From: Candidatus Poribacteria bacterium
Lineage (GTDB): Bacteria > Poribacteria > WGA-4E > WGA-3G
Length of the DNA stretch: 64,000 nucleotides
Reading direction: 5' to 3'
Assembly (NCBI GenBank): GCA_022394755.1
Contig: JAGFCA010000005.1
Span: 94,313-158,312, forward strand
A program made the position numbers and the translations under genes. This document shows, piece by piece, positions 1-10,418 of this stretch. How positions within the stretch are numbered: the stretch's first letter is position 1; every line of letters starts with the position of its first letter. Under the pieces are notes generated by a model that made no database searches, was not told the DNA's origin, and worked only from the letters and a program-made list of their open reading frames with translations.

Positions 1-421
1 AGAGAAAGGTAATGAGGATGGATGTATAGGTACACAATCGGGGTTATTCTCTCCAACCTTATTCGACAGAAAGTGGCATCATATCGTCTATACAAATCAA
101 ATAAGTCCACTGAATCCTCACGCATTTGATGATACACTTCATTCCAGAATATTTATTGATGGATCTCTTATTTTAGATGAAAAGAGGTTTAGTGCAGATG
201 GTAGTATTTTCAATCCATTTAAGTCTGATATTTCCCTTGGTGCACAAATCAACGGTGAATCGAAAGACTTTTTTGAGGGAGATATAGATGAAGTACGTAT
301 CTATGATCGAGCCTTATCAGAAAAAGAAGTAACACAAAATTATGAATCCGACAGGGGATTAGTTGTTAAACCTATGGATAAATTATCAACTGTATGGGGA
401 TCGTTGAAGATGAATAACTAA
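1..421 (+). CDS. 3' end of a gene entering from upstream of the window; C-terminal LamG/concanavalin-like jelly-roll region
   Basis: Open frame from the window edge to TAA at 419-421. The translation ends ...GDIDEVRIYDRALSEKEVTQNYESDRGLVVKPMDKLSTVWGSLKMNN, which resembles LamG-type domain C-termini. Confidence 0.35.
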   Translation, partial: EKGNEDGCIGTQSGLFSPTLFDRKWHHIVYTNQISPLNPHAFDDTLHSRIFIDGSLILDEKRFSADGSIFNPFKSDISLGAQINGESKDFFEGDIDEVRIYDRALSEKEVTQNYESDRGLVVKPMDKLSTVWGSLKMNN

Positions 422-492
422 GATAACGTGAGTTTGAAAAGTCAGATTTCATACTCGGCTAAACCGCTTCGTTTAGGAAACCGAAGTTACCT

Positions 493-1527
493 TTACTTGA
501 CCCTTCCCCACATTACTTTTTTCTTGCCTATCGGGGAGACGGATAGTACATCATCGCTAATCCAGTCCACCCAGTAATCACTGCCCGGATGTTCTGTGAG
601 CCGTGTCATATCGCGTGTTTGAATATGATACTTGTAGATATTCGGCGGTGGGAACTCAAAATCATGGGGTAGCGGTTTGTTCAAAGGGACGGCAGCACGC
701 GCGCTAAAAACGATAGATTTACCGTCATCCATCCAGTCAACGCAAAAACATTCCATACCCTTCGGTACAGGCAGCGATCTGATGTCTCCTCCGTTGTGAT
801 TATATATCATAATCCGAAACGCCTTGTAGAAAGGTCCTTCAAAACGGGCATTCGGTAGACGCACGGTTTTCCACTCCATTTCGACATACACAATCTGTTG
901 ACTATTAGGCGACCAGCGCGGAGATTCACGACGGATCGTGAATTCTCCGTCAAAAAACGCTACGGGTATCAGTGGCTGTAAATTTATACCATTCGCTTCC
1001 ATAATCCAAATCGTATTATTAACACCAATCGTCCAAGGTTCAGCACATATTATATGCTTGCCATCTGACGACCAATTATGTTGGATACCCCAGAAATCCG
1101 AGATCTCTTTCATCTTTCCCGTTTCTATATTGAGTACGACGGTGCAGTCTTTCGGCTTGTTGGGAAACTGAAACCATCTATTAAAAACGATAAATTTGCC
1201 ATCAGGAGAAAATGAAGGTACATTGATACGACTATCATCAATTTCTGTGATTTGACGAATGTTTGTACCATCTGGATTCATCAAGTAAATAACACTACTG
1301 TTTTGCACAAATCCCTTAAATGCAATCTGGCTACCGTCGGGAGACCAAATGGATGCGCGGGGACGAAACTCGTCGGTAAGCAGTGTCTGGTTGCTGCCGT
1401 CATCATCCATTACGTAGACCCCACGAATACCATCGCGTACTGATTCGAAAACGATTTTGGCTGGGGCTACGGTTGACGCAAGTAGTATCAGTAACAAACA
1501 CTGCATCATAACGTAATGTTTTTTCAC
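493..1527 (-). CDS. Secreted TolB/PD40-like (WD40-like) beta-propeller protein
   Basis: 351-aa ORF with a signal peptide (MMQCLLLILLASTVAPA) and repeated SPDG/WSPDG PD40 motifs. The likely start is GTG at 1525-1527, preceded by AAGGAG (revcomp of 1535-1540). Paralog of the CDS at 50222-51304. Confidence 0.6.
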   Translation of the reverse strand: MKKHYVMMQCLLLILLASTVAPAKIVFESVRDGIRGVYVMDDDGSNQTLLTDEFRPRASIWSPDGSQIAFKGFVQNSSVIYLMNPDGTNIRQITEIDDSRINVPSFSPDGKFIVFNRWFQFPNKPKDCTVVLNIETGKMKEISDFWGIQHNWSSDGKHIICAEPWTIGVNNTIWIMEANGINLQPLIPVAFFDGEFTIRRESPRWSPNSQQIVYVEMEWKTVRLPNARFEGPFYKAFRIMIYNHNGGDIRSLPVPKGMECFCVDWMDDGKSIVFSARAAVPLNKPLPHDFEFPPPNIYKYHIQTRDMTRLTEHPGSDYWVDWISDDVLSVSPIGKKKVMWGRVK

Positions 1528-2253
1528 GGTTCTGCTCCTTAAAAACAATGGCTGGAGATATGCCCCTGTCTACTAAAGTTAAACTGTAAAATAATGTTAG
1601 AAAAGGATACCTATATTGAGTTGGTTTTTAGTAGATTTATGTATTGTAAATGTTCAACAATTTTTTATCAAGATTTGTTCTTGAGCGGGTGTAAAGTTCT
1701 TAGCACCATCGGTATCAATAATTAAATGAAAATATTGAAAAAATAAGCATCTAAAACAACTAACATACACATAAGACGAAAATAGAAGCACACATTTAGA
1801 ATATCTATAAGACAGTAAATAAAATTTAAGATTAGAACACAAACTAACAACCATCAACACGATCAATTGAATGAGTATTTAGGATCAATGGTCTATTTTT
1901 TCCTTAATCTATCTTTATATTATTGTCAAATGTCTGTTTTTTATCTCTTTTTACGATAAGAAAAATCATTTATTAAAAGTATTTTCAAGATCAACTATAC
2001 AATACTAACCAATTAGGTGATGTTACAACCTATCGATCTAGTATGAAATTCACATAATCAACTTAAGAAAGAAGAATTCATGTCAAGAATTATATCCCTG
2101 CCACCTATGACAATTTCATACAAGTAAAGCACTTTTAATGTTATAATGTATACTATCAGTTATTCACATTAAATTGGAAAGACTTCCAATAAACAAATCA
2201 TACCATTGAACGTCTTATATTTAAGTTTATATTAAGGGTAGGAGGCTATTAAT

Positions 2254-3570
2254 TTGCATAATTTAAAACCGGTAATATATCGGCTATCTGTTTTTTCTCT
2301 AATACTATTTGCTCAAATATATGCCAATGCAAGCGACTGGCCAAGTTGGAGAGGTCCAAATCAGGATGGCACATCAGCAGAAACTGAGCTCGTTTCAAAT
2401 TGGTCTATAGAGGGAGAAAACCTTCTTTGGAAGGCTGATTTTATGGGTCGTTCAACACCTGTGGTTTTGAATGACAGGGTTTATGTAATAGGACGAATTG
2501 GTAAAGACATTACGCAACAAGAACGTATCACATGTTTTGATGCAAAAACTGGTGATGAAATTTGGAATTACCAGTTAAACGTTTTCCATACAACAATCAC
2601 ATTCAACAGGGTTGGCTGGACAAGTCCTGTTGGGGATGCAGAAACTGGAAACATCTACATACACGGTATTCAAGGACTCTTTATCTGTTTTGATAAAGAT
2701 GGGAATATCGTTTGGTCACGGTCACTTACAGAAGAGTATGGACGGATTTCTGGTTATGGTGGACGGGTTCATACACCTATTTTAGCAGGAAACCTTGTCG
2801 TTGTCAGTTATCTGAATGTTGGTTGGGGAAATCAATCAATTCCTCGACATCGCTACTTCGCTTTTGATAAAAAATCCGGAGATCTAATTTGGGTTTCAAC
2901 TCCTGGTGGAAGACCTTTGGATACAACTTACTCGACTCCTGTGGTCGTTGATATTAATGGACAAATGCTCATCATTGGTGGAAATGCTGATGGCAGCATC
3001 TATGCAATGAAACAGACTACTGGTGAAATGGTATGGGGTTTCAAGTTAAGTAAACGTGGAATCAATACTTCTGTTATAACCTCTGGCACTAAGGTTTACG
3101 CAACACATAGTGAAGAAAACTTGGATAGTACTGAAATGGGACGAATTGTGTGTATTGACGCAACTGGAACAGGAGACATTACAAAAACACATGAGTTATG
3201 GCGGCATGATGCAGTCAATATTGGGTATGCATCACCTACTCTCAAAGAAGGAAAACTGTATGTCGTAGACAATTCTGCTAATATGTATTGTCTAAATGCT
3301 GATTCAGGGATGGTCTTGTGGGAACATAGTATCGGTACAGTAGGAAAAGGTTCACCTGTTTGGGCAGACGGGAAGTTATTCGTTACTGAGGTGAATGGAA
3401 AGTTCCATATTCTACAACCCAGTGCAGATGGGTGTGAATCCCTTAATGTACAGGAAATCACCCGAAAAGATGATGATCACTATGCCGAAATATACGGATC
3501 ACCAGCAATATCAAACGGACGGGTCTATTTCACTACTGAAGAGCATATCTATTGCATAGGGAGAGAATAA
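2254..3570 (+). CDS. Secreted PQQ-like beta-propeller repeat protein (BamB-like fold)
   Basis: 438 aa with an N-terminal signal peptide and repeated 'G.VYV...DG.LYA.D..TG...W' PQQ-propeller blades. TTG start with AGGAGG 8 nt upstream. Confidence 0.65.
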   Translation: MHNLKPVIYRLSVFSLILFAQIYANASDWPSWRGPNQDGTSAETELVSNWSIEGENLLWKADFMGRSTPVVLNDRVYVIGRIGKDITQQERITCFDAKTGDEIWNYQLNVFHTTITFNRVGWTSPVGDAETGNIYIHGIQGLFICFDKDGNIVWSRSLTEEYGRISGYGGRVHTPILAGNLVVVSYLNVGWGNQSIPRHRYFAFDKKSGDLIWVSTPGGRPLDTTYSTPVVVDINGQMLIIGGNADGSIYAMKQTTGEMVWGFKLSKRGINTSVITSGTKVYATHSEENLDSTEMGRIVCIDATGTGDITKTHELWRHDAVNIGYASPTLKEGKLYVVDNSANMYCLNADSGMVLWEHSIGTVGKGSPVWADGKLFVTEVNGKFHILQPSADGCESLNVQEITRKDDDHYAEIYGSPAISNGRVYFTTEEHIYCIGRE

Positions 3571-4523
3571 TGAAACGTATGAATTTAACAATAGAATTTA
3601 AAAAAATCTCAATACTATCCTTTTCGCTGTGCATTGCCTTCGCTATGAGTTTTTTCCTTATTGGATGTGCAAGCAAAGAGATCACAGTATCAGAATTAAG
3701 TACAGAACCTGCAGTAGATCTTCTCCTGATACCCGCTGAAACTACAACTGCTGGTGAACCTGTCCAACTCGCTGTTATTGGTTATGATCAAAATGGTAAA
3801 CAGACAAGTGCAATTGGTTCAGTTATATGGAGTTTAAATGGATTAAAGGGTAGTCTTCAAGAAAATCTATTCACTCCGAATTTGAGCCATGGGGCACAAG
3901 CCGGAACTGTCGTAATACAATCAGGTGAAATCAAAGCAGAAGCACGGATCCGTGTGATTCCTCCTTTACCTTGGAGCGAAGACTTTGAAAATGTTGCACT
4001 TGATAAAGCACCGTCACACTGGATAAGTGCTACTGGGAAATATTTCGTTAAAGAAAAAGGTGATAACAAGGTATTGGTCAAAACACCAGTACAACGCGGA
4101 TTAGATAAGTCAAACGTCTATATCGGTCCACCTACAATGAAAGACTACCAGATACAAGTCGATGTGATGGGAACAAGAGACAAACGTAGAGTGCCAGATA
4201 TGGGGTTAATTGCAAATCGATATACATTAGATATGCAAGGTAGACAACAACGTCTGCAAATACGTTCTTGGGCGTCTGATCTACGGATGGCTAAAACCAT
4301 TCCATTCTCATGGGAGACAGATGTCTGGTATACAATGAAACTGAAAGTAGAAATAAACGACGATAAAGCAATGATTTATGGAAAAGTTTGGCGAACTGGA
4401 GACGATGAACCAGAACAATGGACGATTACAACAGAAGACCCATTGCCAAATAGAGAAGGAAGTCCCGGCATCTATGCTTACTCCGTTTCCGAAATCTATT
4501 ATGATAATCTAAAGGTATGGTGA
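3570..4523 (+). CDS. Lipoprotein of unknown function
   Basis: The ATG overlaps the upstream stop (TAATG). Signal peptide with an LIGC lipobox (…FFLIGCASKE). Sits between two PQQ-propeller genes. Confidence 0.5.
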   Translation: MKRMNLTIEFKKISILSFSLCIAFAMSFFLIGCASKEITVSELSTEPAVDLLLIPAETTTAGEPVQLAVIGYDQNGKQTSAIGSVIWSLNGLKGSLQENLFTPNLSHGAQAGTVVIQSGEIKAEARIRVIPPLPWSEDFENVALDKAPSHWISATGKYFVKEKGDNKVLVKTPVQRGLDKSNVYIGPPTMKDYQIQVDVMGTRDKRRVPDMGLIANRYTLDMQGRQQRLQIRSWASDLRMAKTIPFSWETDVWYTMKLKVEINDDKAMIYGKVWRTGDDEPEQWTITTEDPLPNREGSPGIYAYSVSEIYYDNLKVW

Positions 4524-4526
4524 TAA

Positions 4527-6050
4527 ATGATTTTAGAATTCAGAAGCGGTAAAAGAAATACCGCAAAATTTTCAAATAATATAAAGAATACGGTTTGCTC
4601 TTTGAAGTACATTCTCATACTCCTGTTCGGTGTAATTTTGAGTTTACAACCTCAGAATATTCAAGCAGATGCTCATTCATCAAAAGAAAAAGAAATAGCC
4701 TTATGGGGTGGTTCACTTGGTCGGAATATGGTATCGGACGAAAAGAATATCCTCTCAAGTTGGAATTATGAAACAGGTGAAAATATTAAATGGACAGCAG
4801 AACTCGGATCACAAAGTTATGCTGGACCACTCATTATTGGTGGAAAGGTATTTGTTGGAACGAATAATGAAGCCCTCCTGAATCCAAAATTGACTGGTGA
4901 TCGTGGCAATCTTGTAGCGTTTAATGAAGCTGATGGTGAATTCTTGTGGCAGATTACACACACTAAACTCCCCGCAGGTAGGGTTAACGATTGGCCACTA
5001 CAAGGCATCTGTTCAACACCATATATTGAAGGGGACAGACTCTATTATATTTCTAATAGATGTGAGGTAGTTTGTATTGATACTGAGGGATTCCGTGATG
5101 GAGAAAATGATGGACCTTATACTGAGGAATCAGAAAATAGTGAGATAGATGGAGATATCATCTGGATCTACGATATGATGGATGAGTTAGATGTTTTTCC
5201 ACATAACCTTGCGACCTGTTCTCCACTCGCTGTTGGTGATCTGTTGTTTTTAGAGACAAGTAATGGTGTTGATGAAACACATATCCACATTCCAGTACCA
5301 GATGCCCCCAGTTTTATTGCATTGAATAAAAACACTGGTGAACTTGTTTGGGAAGATGCTTCACCTGGTGAGAATATTCTACACGGACAATGGTCGAATC
5401 CAGCATATGGTGTAATAAAAGGTGTACCCCAAGTAATTATTCCTGGCGGTGATGGTTGGGTATATTCCTTTGAACCTGAAACAGGAAAGATTATCTGGAA
5501 GTTTGATTGTAATCCGAAAGATTCTGAATGGGAACTCGGTGGTCGTGGAACCCGAAATAATATCATCTCTACGCCAGTCGTTTTTGATGATAAAGTATTC
5601 TTAGCTGTTGGACAAGATCCTGAACATGGGGAAGGTGTGGGACATCTATGGTGTATTGATGCCTCTCAAAAAGGGGATATTACCTCAACTGCAGTTGTAT
5701 GGCACTTCGGAAATGAACAGTTTAATCGCACAATGTCAACAGTTGCAATACATGAAGGACTACTTTACATCTCGGATCTAAGCGGTTTTCTGTACTGTTT
5801 AGATGTAAAAACTGGAGACCTATACTGGACACACGATACTTTTGCAGCTATATGGGGATCACCCTATGTTGTTGATGGGAAAGTATATCTTGGTACGGAA
5901 GATGGAGATGTAATCATCTTAAAGACAGGAAAGACAAAAGTATTAATTAATGAGATAAATATGGGGAGCGCAGTTTACACTACTCCTGTTGCCAAAGATG
6001 GTGTTTTATATATCGTAACTCGTAATCGATTGTTTGCTATAGCTGAATAA
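4527..6050 (+). CDS. Secreted PQQ-like beta-propeller repeat protein
   Basis: 507 aa with a hydrophobic N-terminal segment and repeated PQQ-type blades (G.V.VGT.DG.L.A.N..TG..LW). Confidence 0.65.
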   Translation: MILEFRSGKRNTAKFSNNIKNTVCSLKYILILLFGVILSLQPQNIQADAHSSKEKEIALWGGSLGRNMVSDEKNILSSWNYETGENIKWTAELGSQSYAGPLIIGGKVFVGTNNEALLNPKLTGDRGNLVAFNEADGEFLWQITHTKLPAGRVNDWPLQGICSTPYIEGDRLYYISNRCEVVCIDTEGFRDGENDGPYTEESENSEIDGDIIWIYDMMDELDVFPHNLATCSPLAVGDLLFLETSNGVDETHIHIPVPDAPSFIALNKNTGELVWEDASPGENILHGQWSNPAYGVIKGVPQVIIPGGDGWVYSFEPETGKIIWKFDCNPKDSEWELGGRGTRNNIISTPVVFDDKVFLAVGQDPEHGEGVGHLWCIDASQKGDITSTAVVWHFGNEQFNRTMSTVAIHEGLLYISDLSGFLYCLDVKTGDLYWTHDTFAAIWGSPYVVDGKVYLGTEDGDVIILKTGKTKVLINEINMGSAVYTTPVAKDGVLYIVTRNRLFAIAE

Positions 6051-6248
6051 AGTAGTTTGTATTAGATGTGTGGAAAACAGGTAGTCAAGACATAAAGTAC
6101 CGGTTATACACACTCACGTTAGTTGGGGTTTCAACAGCATTGATGTTGAATTTGGCTATACAAAGTTCATTCTGAATTAACTAATTTCTAAGCACATGTA
6201 ATTGGTAATTTTAACTGAATCCTTTTGGTAGAATTATCCCTGAAATCT

Positions 6249-6273
6249 GCCGAATGCATTATATGCATTCGGC
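6249..6273 (+). terminator. Hairpin (11-bp perfect stem gccgaatgcat/atgcattcggc) followed by a T-rich tract
   Basis: Read directly from the sequence. Lies between the PQQ gene and the PaaK-like gene. Confidence 0.35.
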
Positions 6274-6342
6274 GTTGATTTGGAGTTTATCCAATATTGA
6301 CTCTATTAGAATTCTATAGGATCGGTTTTTATAAGGGTAAAG

Positions 6343-7416
6343 ATGGAGATCACAGAAAAAATAAAAGATGCACGTGCTGAATTGGACAAACATGTACGTG
6401 AAATTGTTGACTGGCATTTTAGTCCTGAAACAGGATGTCCATTCTGGTTAGAATATGCTGATAACTTAGATTTTGACCCACGAAAAGAGATCGGTGGGTA
6501 TGACGATCTAAAATGTCTTGGACATTTTGAGGACGAATGGCTACGGGGTGGACCTGTCCGTAGATGGGTGCCTAAAGCCTATGAAAACGATCCAATATAC
6601 GTTTTTGAAACTGGTGGATCAACAGGTATTCCAAAATCTCGTATCAGTATACAAGATTTTCAAATTGATTATGAGATATTTAGTCAGACACTTTCTGAGG
6701 ATAGTTTTCCTAAAGGAAGTGATTGGTTAATGTTAGGTCCTACTGGACCTCGTCGACTACGTTTAGCAGTTGAACATTTGGCACAACATCGTGGTGGTAT
6801 CTGTTTCCTCGTTGATCTTGACCCACGATGGGTAAACCAACTTGTACGGTATGGAAAGAATGAAGAGTTAGATGCATATAAAAACCACGTCATTTCACAA
6901 GCCTTAAACGTACTAAAAGCACATGATAATGTCCAATGTCTATTTACCACACCTAAGCTTCTTGAGGCATTATGTGAAAAAATATCTTTAAAGAAAGCCG
7001 GAATAAAAGGAATTTTTTGTGGTGGAACTGAGATGGACGCGCAGTTTCACCGTTTCGCCCGTGAGGAATTGGTTCCAGGTATCGACTTCATACCGACCTA
7101 TGGGAATACACTTATGGGTTTAGCAACATGTAAACCATTTGACCCAGCAGATAACTACACGATTGTGTACTATCCACCACAACCCCGAGCAGTCATAGAA
7201 CTGGTGAATCCTGAAAATCCAGATCAGAAAGTTGACTATGGAGAAACTGGTCGTGTCATGTTAACTACATTGACAAAAGAATTTTTTGTGCCTCGATTCC
7301 TTGAAAGAGACGAAGCAGAACGCGCAAAACCTATTTCTGAATATCCGTGGGATGGTGTAGAAAACCTGCGTCTACTCACCGAACTTCAAGAGAGTGTGGT
7401 TGTAGGGGTTTACTAA
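6343..7416 (+). CDS. Divergent adenylate-forming enzyme, phenylacetate-CoA ligase (PaaK)/F390-synthetase-like
   Basis: 357 aa. Contains an ETGGSTGIPKS motif resembling the AMP-binding P-loop (SSGTTG.PK). Overall layout is similar to the CDS at 15708-16958. Confidence 0.45.
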   Translation: MEITEKIKDARAELDKHVREIVDWHFSPETGCPFWLEYADNLDFDPRKEIGGYDDLKCLGHFEDEWLRGGPVRRWVPKAYENDPIYVFETGGSTGIPKSRISIQDFQIDYEIFSQTLSEDSFPKGSDWLMLGPTGPRRLRLAVEHLAQHRGGICFLVDLDPRWVNQLVRYGKNEELDAYKNHVISQALNVLKAHDNVQCLFTTPKLLEALCEKISLKKAGIKGIFCGGTEMDAQFHRFAREELVPGIDFIPTYGNTLMGLATCKPFDPADNYTIVYYPPQPRAVIELVNPENPDQKVDYGETGRVMLTTLTKEFFVPRFLERDEAERAKPISEYPWDGVENLRLLTELQESVVVGVY

Positions 7417-7441
7417 AAACCTGTAGTCCAAGGAGAATACT

Positions 7442-7744
7442 ATGGACAATATTCATATTATTGAAGTAGATGATACAGTATATGATGAGACTTATACTGC
7501 ACATATCGAAAAAAATGGTGTTGCTTGGAAAGGATGGATACCTGAATTACCTACAGTCTTGTGTGAAGCTAACTCACAAGAGGAATTAATTCCGCTGTTG
7601 AAGAAAAAACTACATGAAACATTGGTAAGTGAGGATGAAGTCTGGGAAGAGAAGATTGAAGGTGATATAACAAAAGGTCATCTTGACAATCTTCGCGAGA
7701 AAGCACGTGAGGATTTACGAGCAGGAAAATGTGTTGATCTATAA
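7442..7744 (+). CDS. HicB-fold (UPF0150-like) antitoxin
   Basis: 100 aa. N-terminal part is HicB-like (HIIEVDDTVYDETYTAHIEKNGVAWKGWIPELPTVLCEANSQEELIPLLKKKLHETL). Sits immediately upstream of, and overlapping, a RelE/ParE toxin gene. Confidence 0.55.
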   Translation: MDNIHIIEVDDTVYDETYTAHIEKNGVAWKGWIPELPTVLCEANSQEELIPLLKKKLHETLVSEDEVWEEKIEGDITKGHLDNLREKAREDLRAGKCVDL

Positions 7745-8015
7745 AACTCAAAAAAGTTTCTGGGATTTTTACTATGCTTTACCAAAAGTAATACAAGATC
7801 GAGCCGATGAAAAATTTAAACTCTTGAAGGATAATCCACAACACCCATCATTACGATTGAAAAAAGTAGGTGAAGATTGGGTGGTGCGAATCAATAGGGA
7901 TTATAGAGCGTTAGCTATTGAAGAAAATGATAATATAGTTTGGTATTGGATAGGTAAGCATGATGAGTATATGAAACTTATTCGAGAAATTGAAGAAGTG
8001 TATATCTATAAATAA
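7731..8015 (+). CDS. RelE/ParE-family type II toxin
   Basis: C-terminal ...DWVVRINRDYRALAIEENDNIVWYWIGKHDEY matches the RelE/ParE signature (YRiiY...v.il.IGhR.dvY). The GTG start at 7731 overlaps the antitoxin stop at 7742-7744 by 14 nt. The tracked ORF begins at a TTG at 7683, inside the antitoxin gene, which is less likely. Confidence 0.6.
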   Translation: MLIYKTQKSFWDFYYALPKVIQDRADEKFKLLKDNPQHPSLRLKKVGEDWVVRINRDYRALAIEENDNIVWYWIGKHDEYMKLIREIEEVYIYK

Positions 8016-8111
8016 CTATAAAACGTCTTGTGTATTCTCATCTACTTATCATTCAATAAAAGAGGTAAAAGTAAGAACTGGTTATAGTCAATAGAAGGGG
8101 ATGGATATAAT

Positions 8112-8816
8112 ATGTCAATAAAAATAGAGAAAGTTTTTCGTTCACCCTATGCTGTACCAAACGGGTTACAGGTCACAACTGAAGGTCTGTGGGTAGTTGA
8201 CCAAATCACAGATAGAGTCATGTTAGTAGAAATCACATGTGATCACGAATACTATGTCCCAAAACATATACGAGATATACCAAGTGAATCTTCAAATACA
8301 AGCGGCATGGCTTATGGTGATGGAGCACTCTGGTTAGCTGCCAATGGTTCTGGTGATCGGTGGCGAGAAATCCGAGAAACGGATGCTAAACCGGGGGATG
8401 GTGAGATTTTCCAAGTAGATCCTTCTACAGGTAAGACATTGGGACGTTTTCCAGTGCCAGATGGAGGTGGTACCCACGGTGTTGAATACGATAATATCGA
8501 TGAAGGACACCTCTGGGTACAAACATTAAAGAACCAAGAAATCCATAAAGTCAAAATATCTGATTGGTCAATTCAACACACTCTACCATTACCTTACGGA
8601 AGAGCACACGGAACAGTTCGCGTTGAAGATGGACTGTGGGTTGTACACACATCTGAACGTGTAATCGTCAAACTTGATCTGGATGACGGAAAAATTATTG
8701 ATCAAATTGAGGTGGCAGAAGAATATCCTGAACCACACGGATTATCTATTTATAATGATGATTTTTTATACTGTGACGCTTCATCAGGATGGGTCGCACA
8801 GATCAGTCAATCATAA
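8112..8816 (+). CDS. Hypothetical protein, probably a beta-propeller fold
   Basis: 234 aa with repeated 'GLWVV/ALWLA/HLWVQ/GLWVVH' strands spaced about 45 aa apart. No recognisable catalytic motif. Confidence 0.35.
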   Translation: MSIKIEKVFRSPYAVPNGLQVTTEGLWVVDQITDRVMLVEITCDHEYYVPKHIRDIPSESSNTSGMAYGDGALWLAANGSGDRWREIRETDAKPGDGEIFQVDPSTGKTLGRFPVPDGGGTHGVEYDNIDEGHLWVQTLKNQEIHKVKISDWSIQHTLPLPYGRAHGTVRVEDGLWVVHTSERVIVKLDLDDGKIIDQIEVAEEYPEPHGLSIYNDDFLYCDASSGWVAQISQS

Positions 8817-8825
8817 ATATATCAG

Positions 8826-10259
8826 TTGAAATTGGAAAACAATCCTATGCAACACATCCCTATATTACGTGCTGGACTCACATATCGAAGTCTAAATACT
8901 GTTACTGTATCTCATATTAAAACAGGTGATCCGTTAGTTGAAGTTAGTCAAGCGAATCGAGGATTAATTGCAAAAGATCTAATTGATATACCCTTACATC
9001 AGCAGATACTCAAGCAGTATTCCACGATGGAATTAGTATCTATCTGTAAAGATGCTGCACGTCATTTTACATCCTCAGAATTACCACTTGATGAAAACAC
9101 TCAATCCTCAACGGATTATATCAAACAGGTATCCGGATCAACAGGTATGCCAGAGGCCCTCTGTCAGCAGAATATGGGTAAGATCCAAGGGGTATTAGAA
9201 AACATAGATGCAGTTTTGGATGGATTGACTCGAGGATTAGATCTGAGAATACTTGATGATGGTTGGGGAGACCAAAATGGACGAACTCTTAGTTATGTCT
9301 GTGAGACAAACTCCCTTGGAGCAATATTACCCAGCAACTCGCCAGGTGTCCATTCACTATGGATTCCTGCATTTGTGCTGAAAGTTCCACTTGTCTTGAA
9401 GCCAGGTCGTGAAGAACCATGGACACCATATCGAATTGCACAAGCCTTTATAGAGGCAGGGGCACCGATGGAAGCATTTAGTTTTTATCCAACTGATTAT
9501 TCTGGTGCAAATGAAATCCTTGTTAGATGTGGAAGGTCAATGTTATTTGGTGGCGGTTCTACTGTGGCACCTTGGGTAAATGATCCGCGTGTCGAAATAC
9601 ATGGACCTGGAAGAAGTAAAATTGTCATTCATAAAGATACAAATTCAGAAATAGAAAATTATCTTGATCTTATTGTAGAATCGGTATCTAAGAATGGTGG
9701 CAGATCCTGTATTAATGCCTCGGGTGTATATGTAACTGCATATGGTAGAAATATCGCTGAAGCTATCACCGAACGAATTTCAAAAATACAACCGAAACCG
9801 CTCGATCATCCTGAAGCAGGGATAGCTGCATGGGCGAATCCAAAAGCTGCTCACGGTATTTCATCACTTATTGACCGACATCTAAAACAATCCGGTGCAA
9901 TTGAGCTAACAACTGGAGATCGGGTTATAGAATTAGATGGTTGTACTTTCCTCAGACCTACCGTTATATGGTGTGAAGATTCTGAACATCCATTAGCAAA
10001 TATCGAATTTCCTTTCCCATTTGTTAGTGTTAGTGAAGTTCCAGCATCTGCAATAGTAGAATCAATTGGCGAGACATTGGTAGCAACAGTAATCACGGAT
10101 GATTCCAAACTAACACAACAGTTGTTAGATACACCATTAATTGATAGATTGAATATAGGTACAATTCCAACAAACCAAATTTCATGGGATAGTCCTCATG
10201 AGGGCAATCTGTTTGAACATTTATATCGACAACGCGCTTTTCAGAAGACAAGTCGTTGA
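8826..10259 (+). CDS. Aldehyde dehydrogenase superfamily protein
   Basis: 477 aa. 'FGGGST' and 'GRSCINASGVYV' (catalytic Cys region) plus the Rossmann stretch 'NSPGVHSLWIPAFVLKVPLVLKPG'. The start may instead be the ATG at 8847. Confidence 0.6.
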   Translation: MKLENNPMQHIPILRAGLTYRSLNTVTVSHIKTGDPLVEVSQANRGLIAKDLIDIPLHQQILKQYSTMELVSICKDAARHFTSSELPLDENTQSSTDYIKQVSGSTGMPEALCQQNMGKIQGVLENIDAVLDGLTRGLDLRILDDGWGDQNGRTLSYVCETNSLGAILPSNSPGVHSLWIPAFVLKVPLVLKPGREEPWTPYRIAQAFIEAGAPMEAFSFYPTDYSGANEILVRCGRSMLFGGGSTVAPWVNDPRVEIHGPGRSKIVIHKDTNSEIENYLDLIVESVSKNGGRSCINASGVYVTAYGRNIAEAITERISKIQPKPLDHPEAGIAAWANPKAAHGISSLIDRHLKQSGAIELTTGDRVIELDGCTFLRPTVIWCEDSEHPLANIEFPFPFVSVSEVPASAIVESIGETLVATVITDDSKLTQQLLDTPLIDRLNIGTIPTNQISWDSPHEGNLFEHLYRQRAFQKTSR

Positions 10260-10418
10260 ACTGCAACTATATAAGTATATTTAGATAGCCTATGAAATTG
10301 TTTTGTCATAAAGGATGTTGACCTATTTCATAAGAGTTTTTTAAAAGTAAATCTGGTAACGGACACAAAATAGAATTTAATTTATTGCCAAATTGATAGT
10401 TCTTAGGATTTCACAATT

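Noticed and set aside
3096-3461. Antisense ORFs nested inside well-supported genes (e.g. 3096-3461, 21694-21993, 46121-46612, 57343-57741)
   Set aside because: They lie opposite genes with strong homology-like signatures and show no motifs. These are typical shadow ORFs.
7683-7744. Toxin start at TTG 7683, giving a 62-bp overlap with the antitoxin gene
   Set aside because: RelE/ParE toxins are about 85-95 aa. GTG 7731 gives a 95-aa product and a typical short overlap with the antitoxin stop, so the shorter start is preferred.
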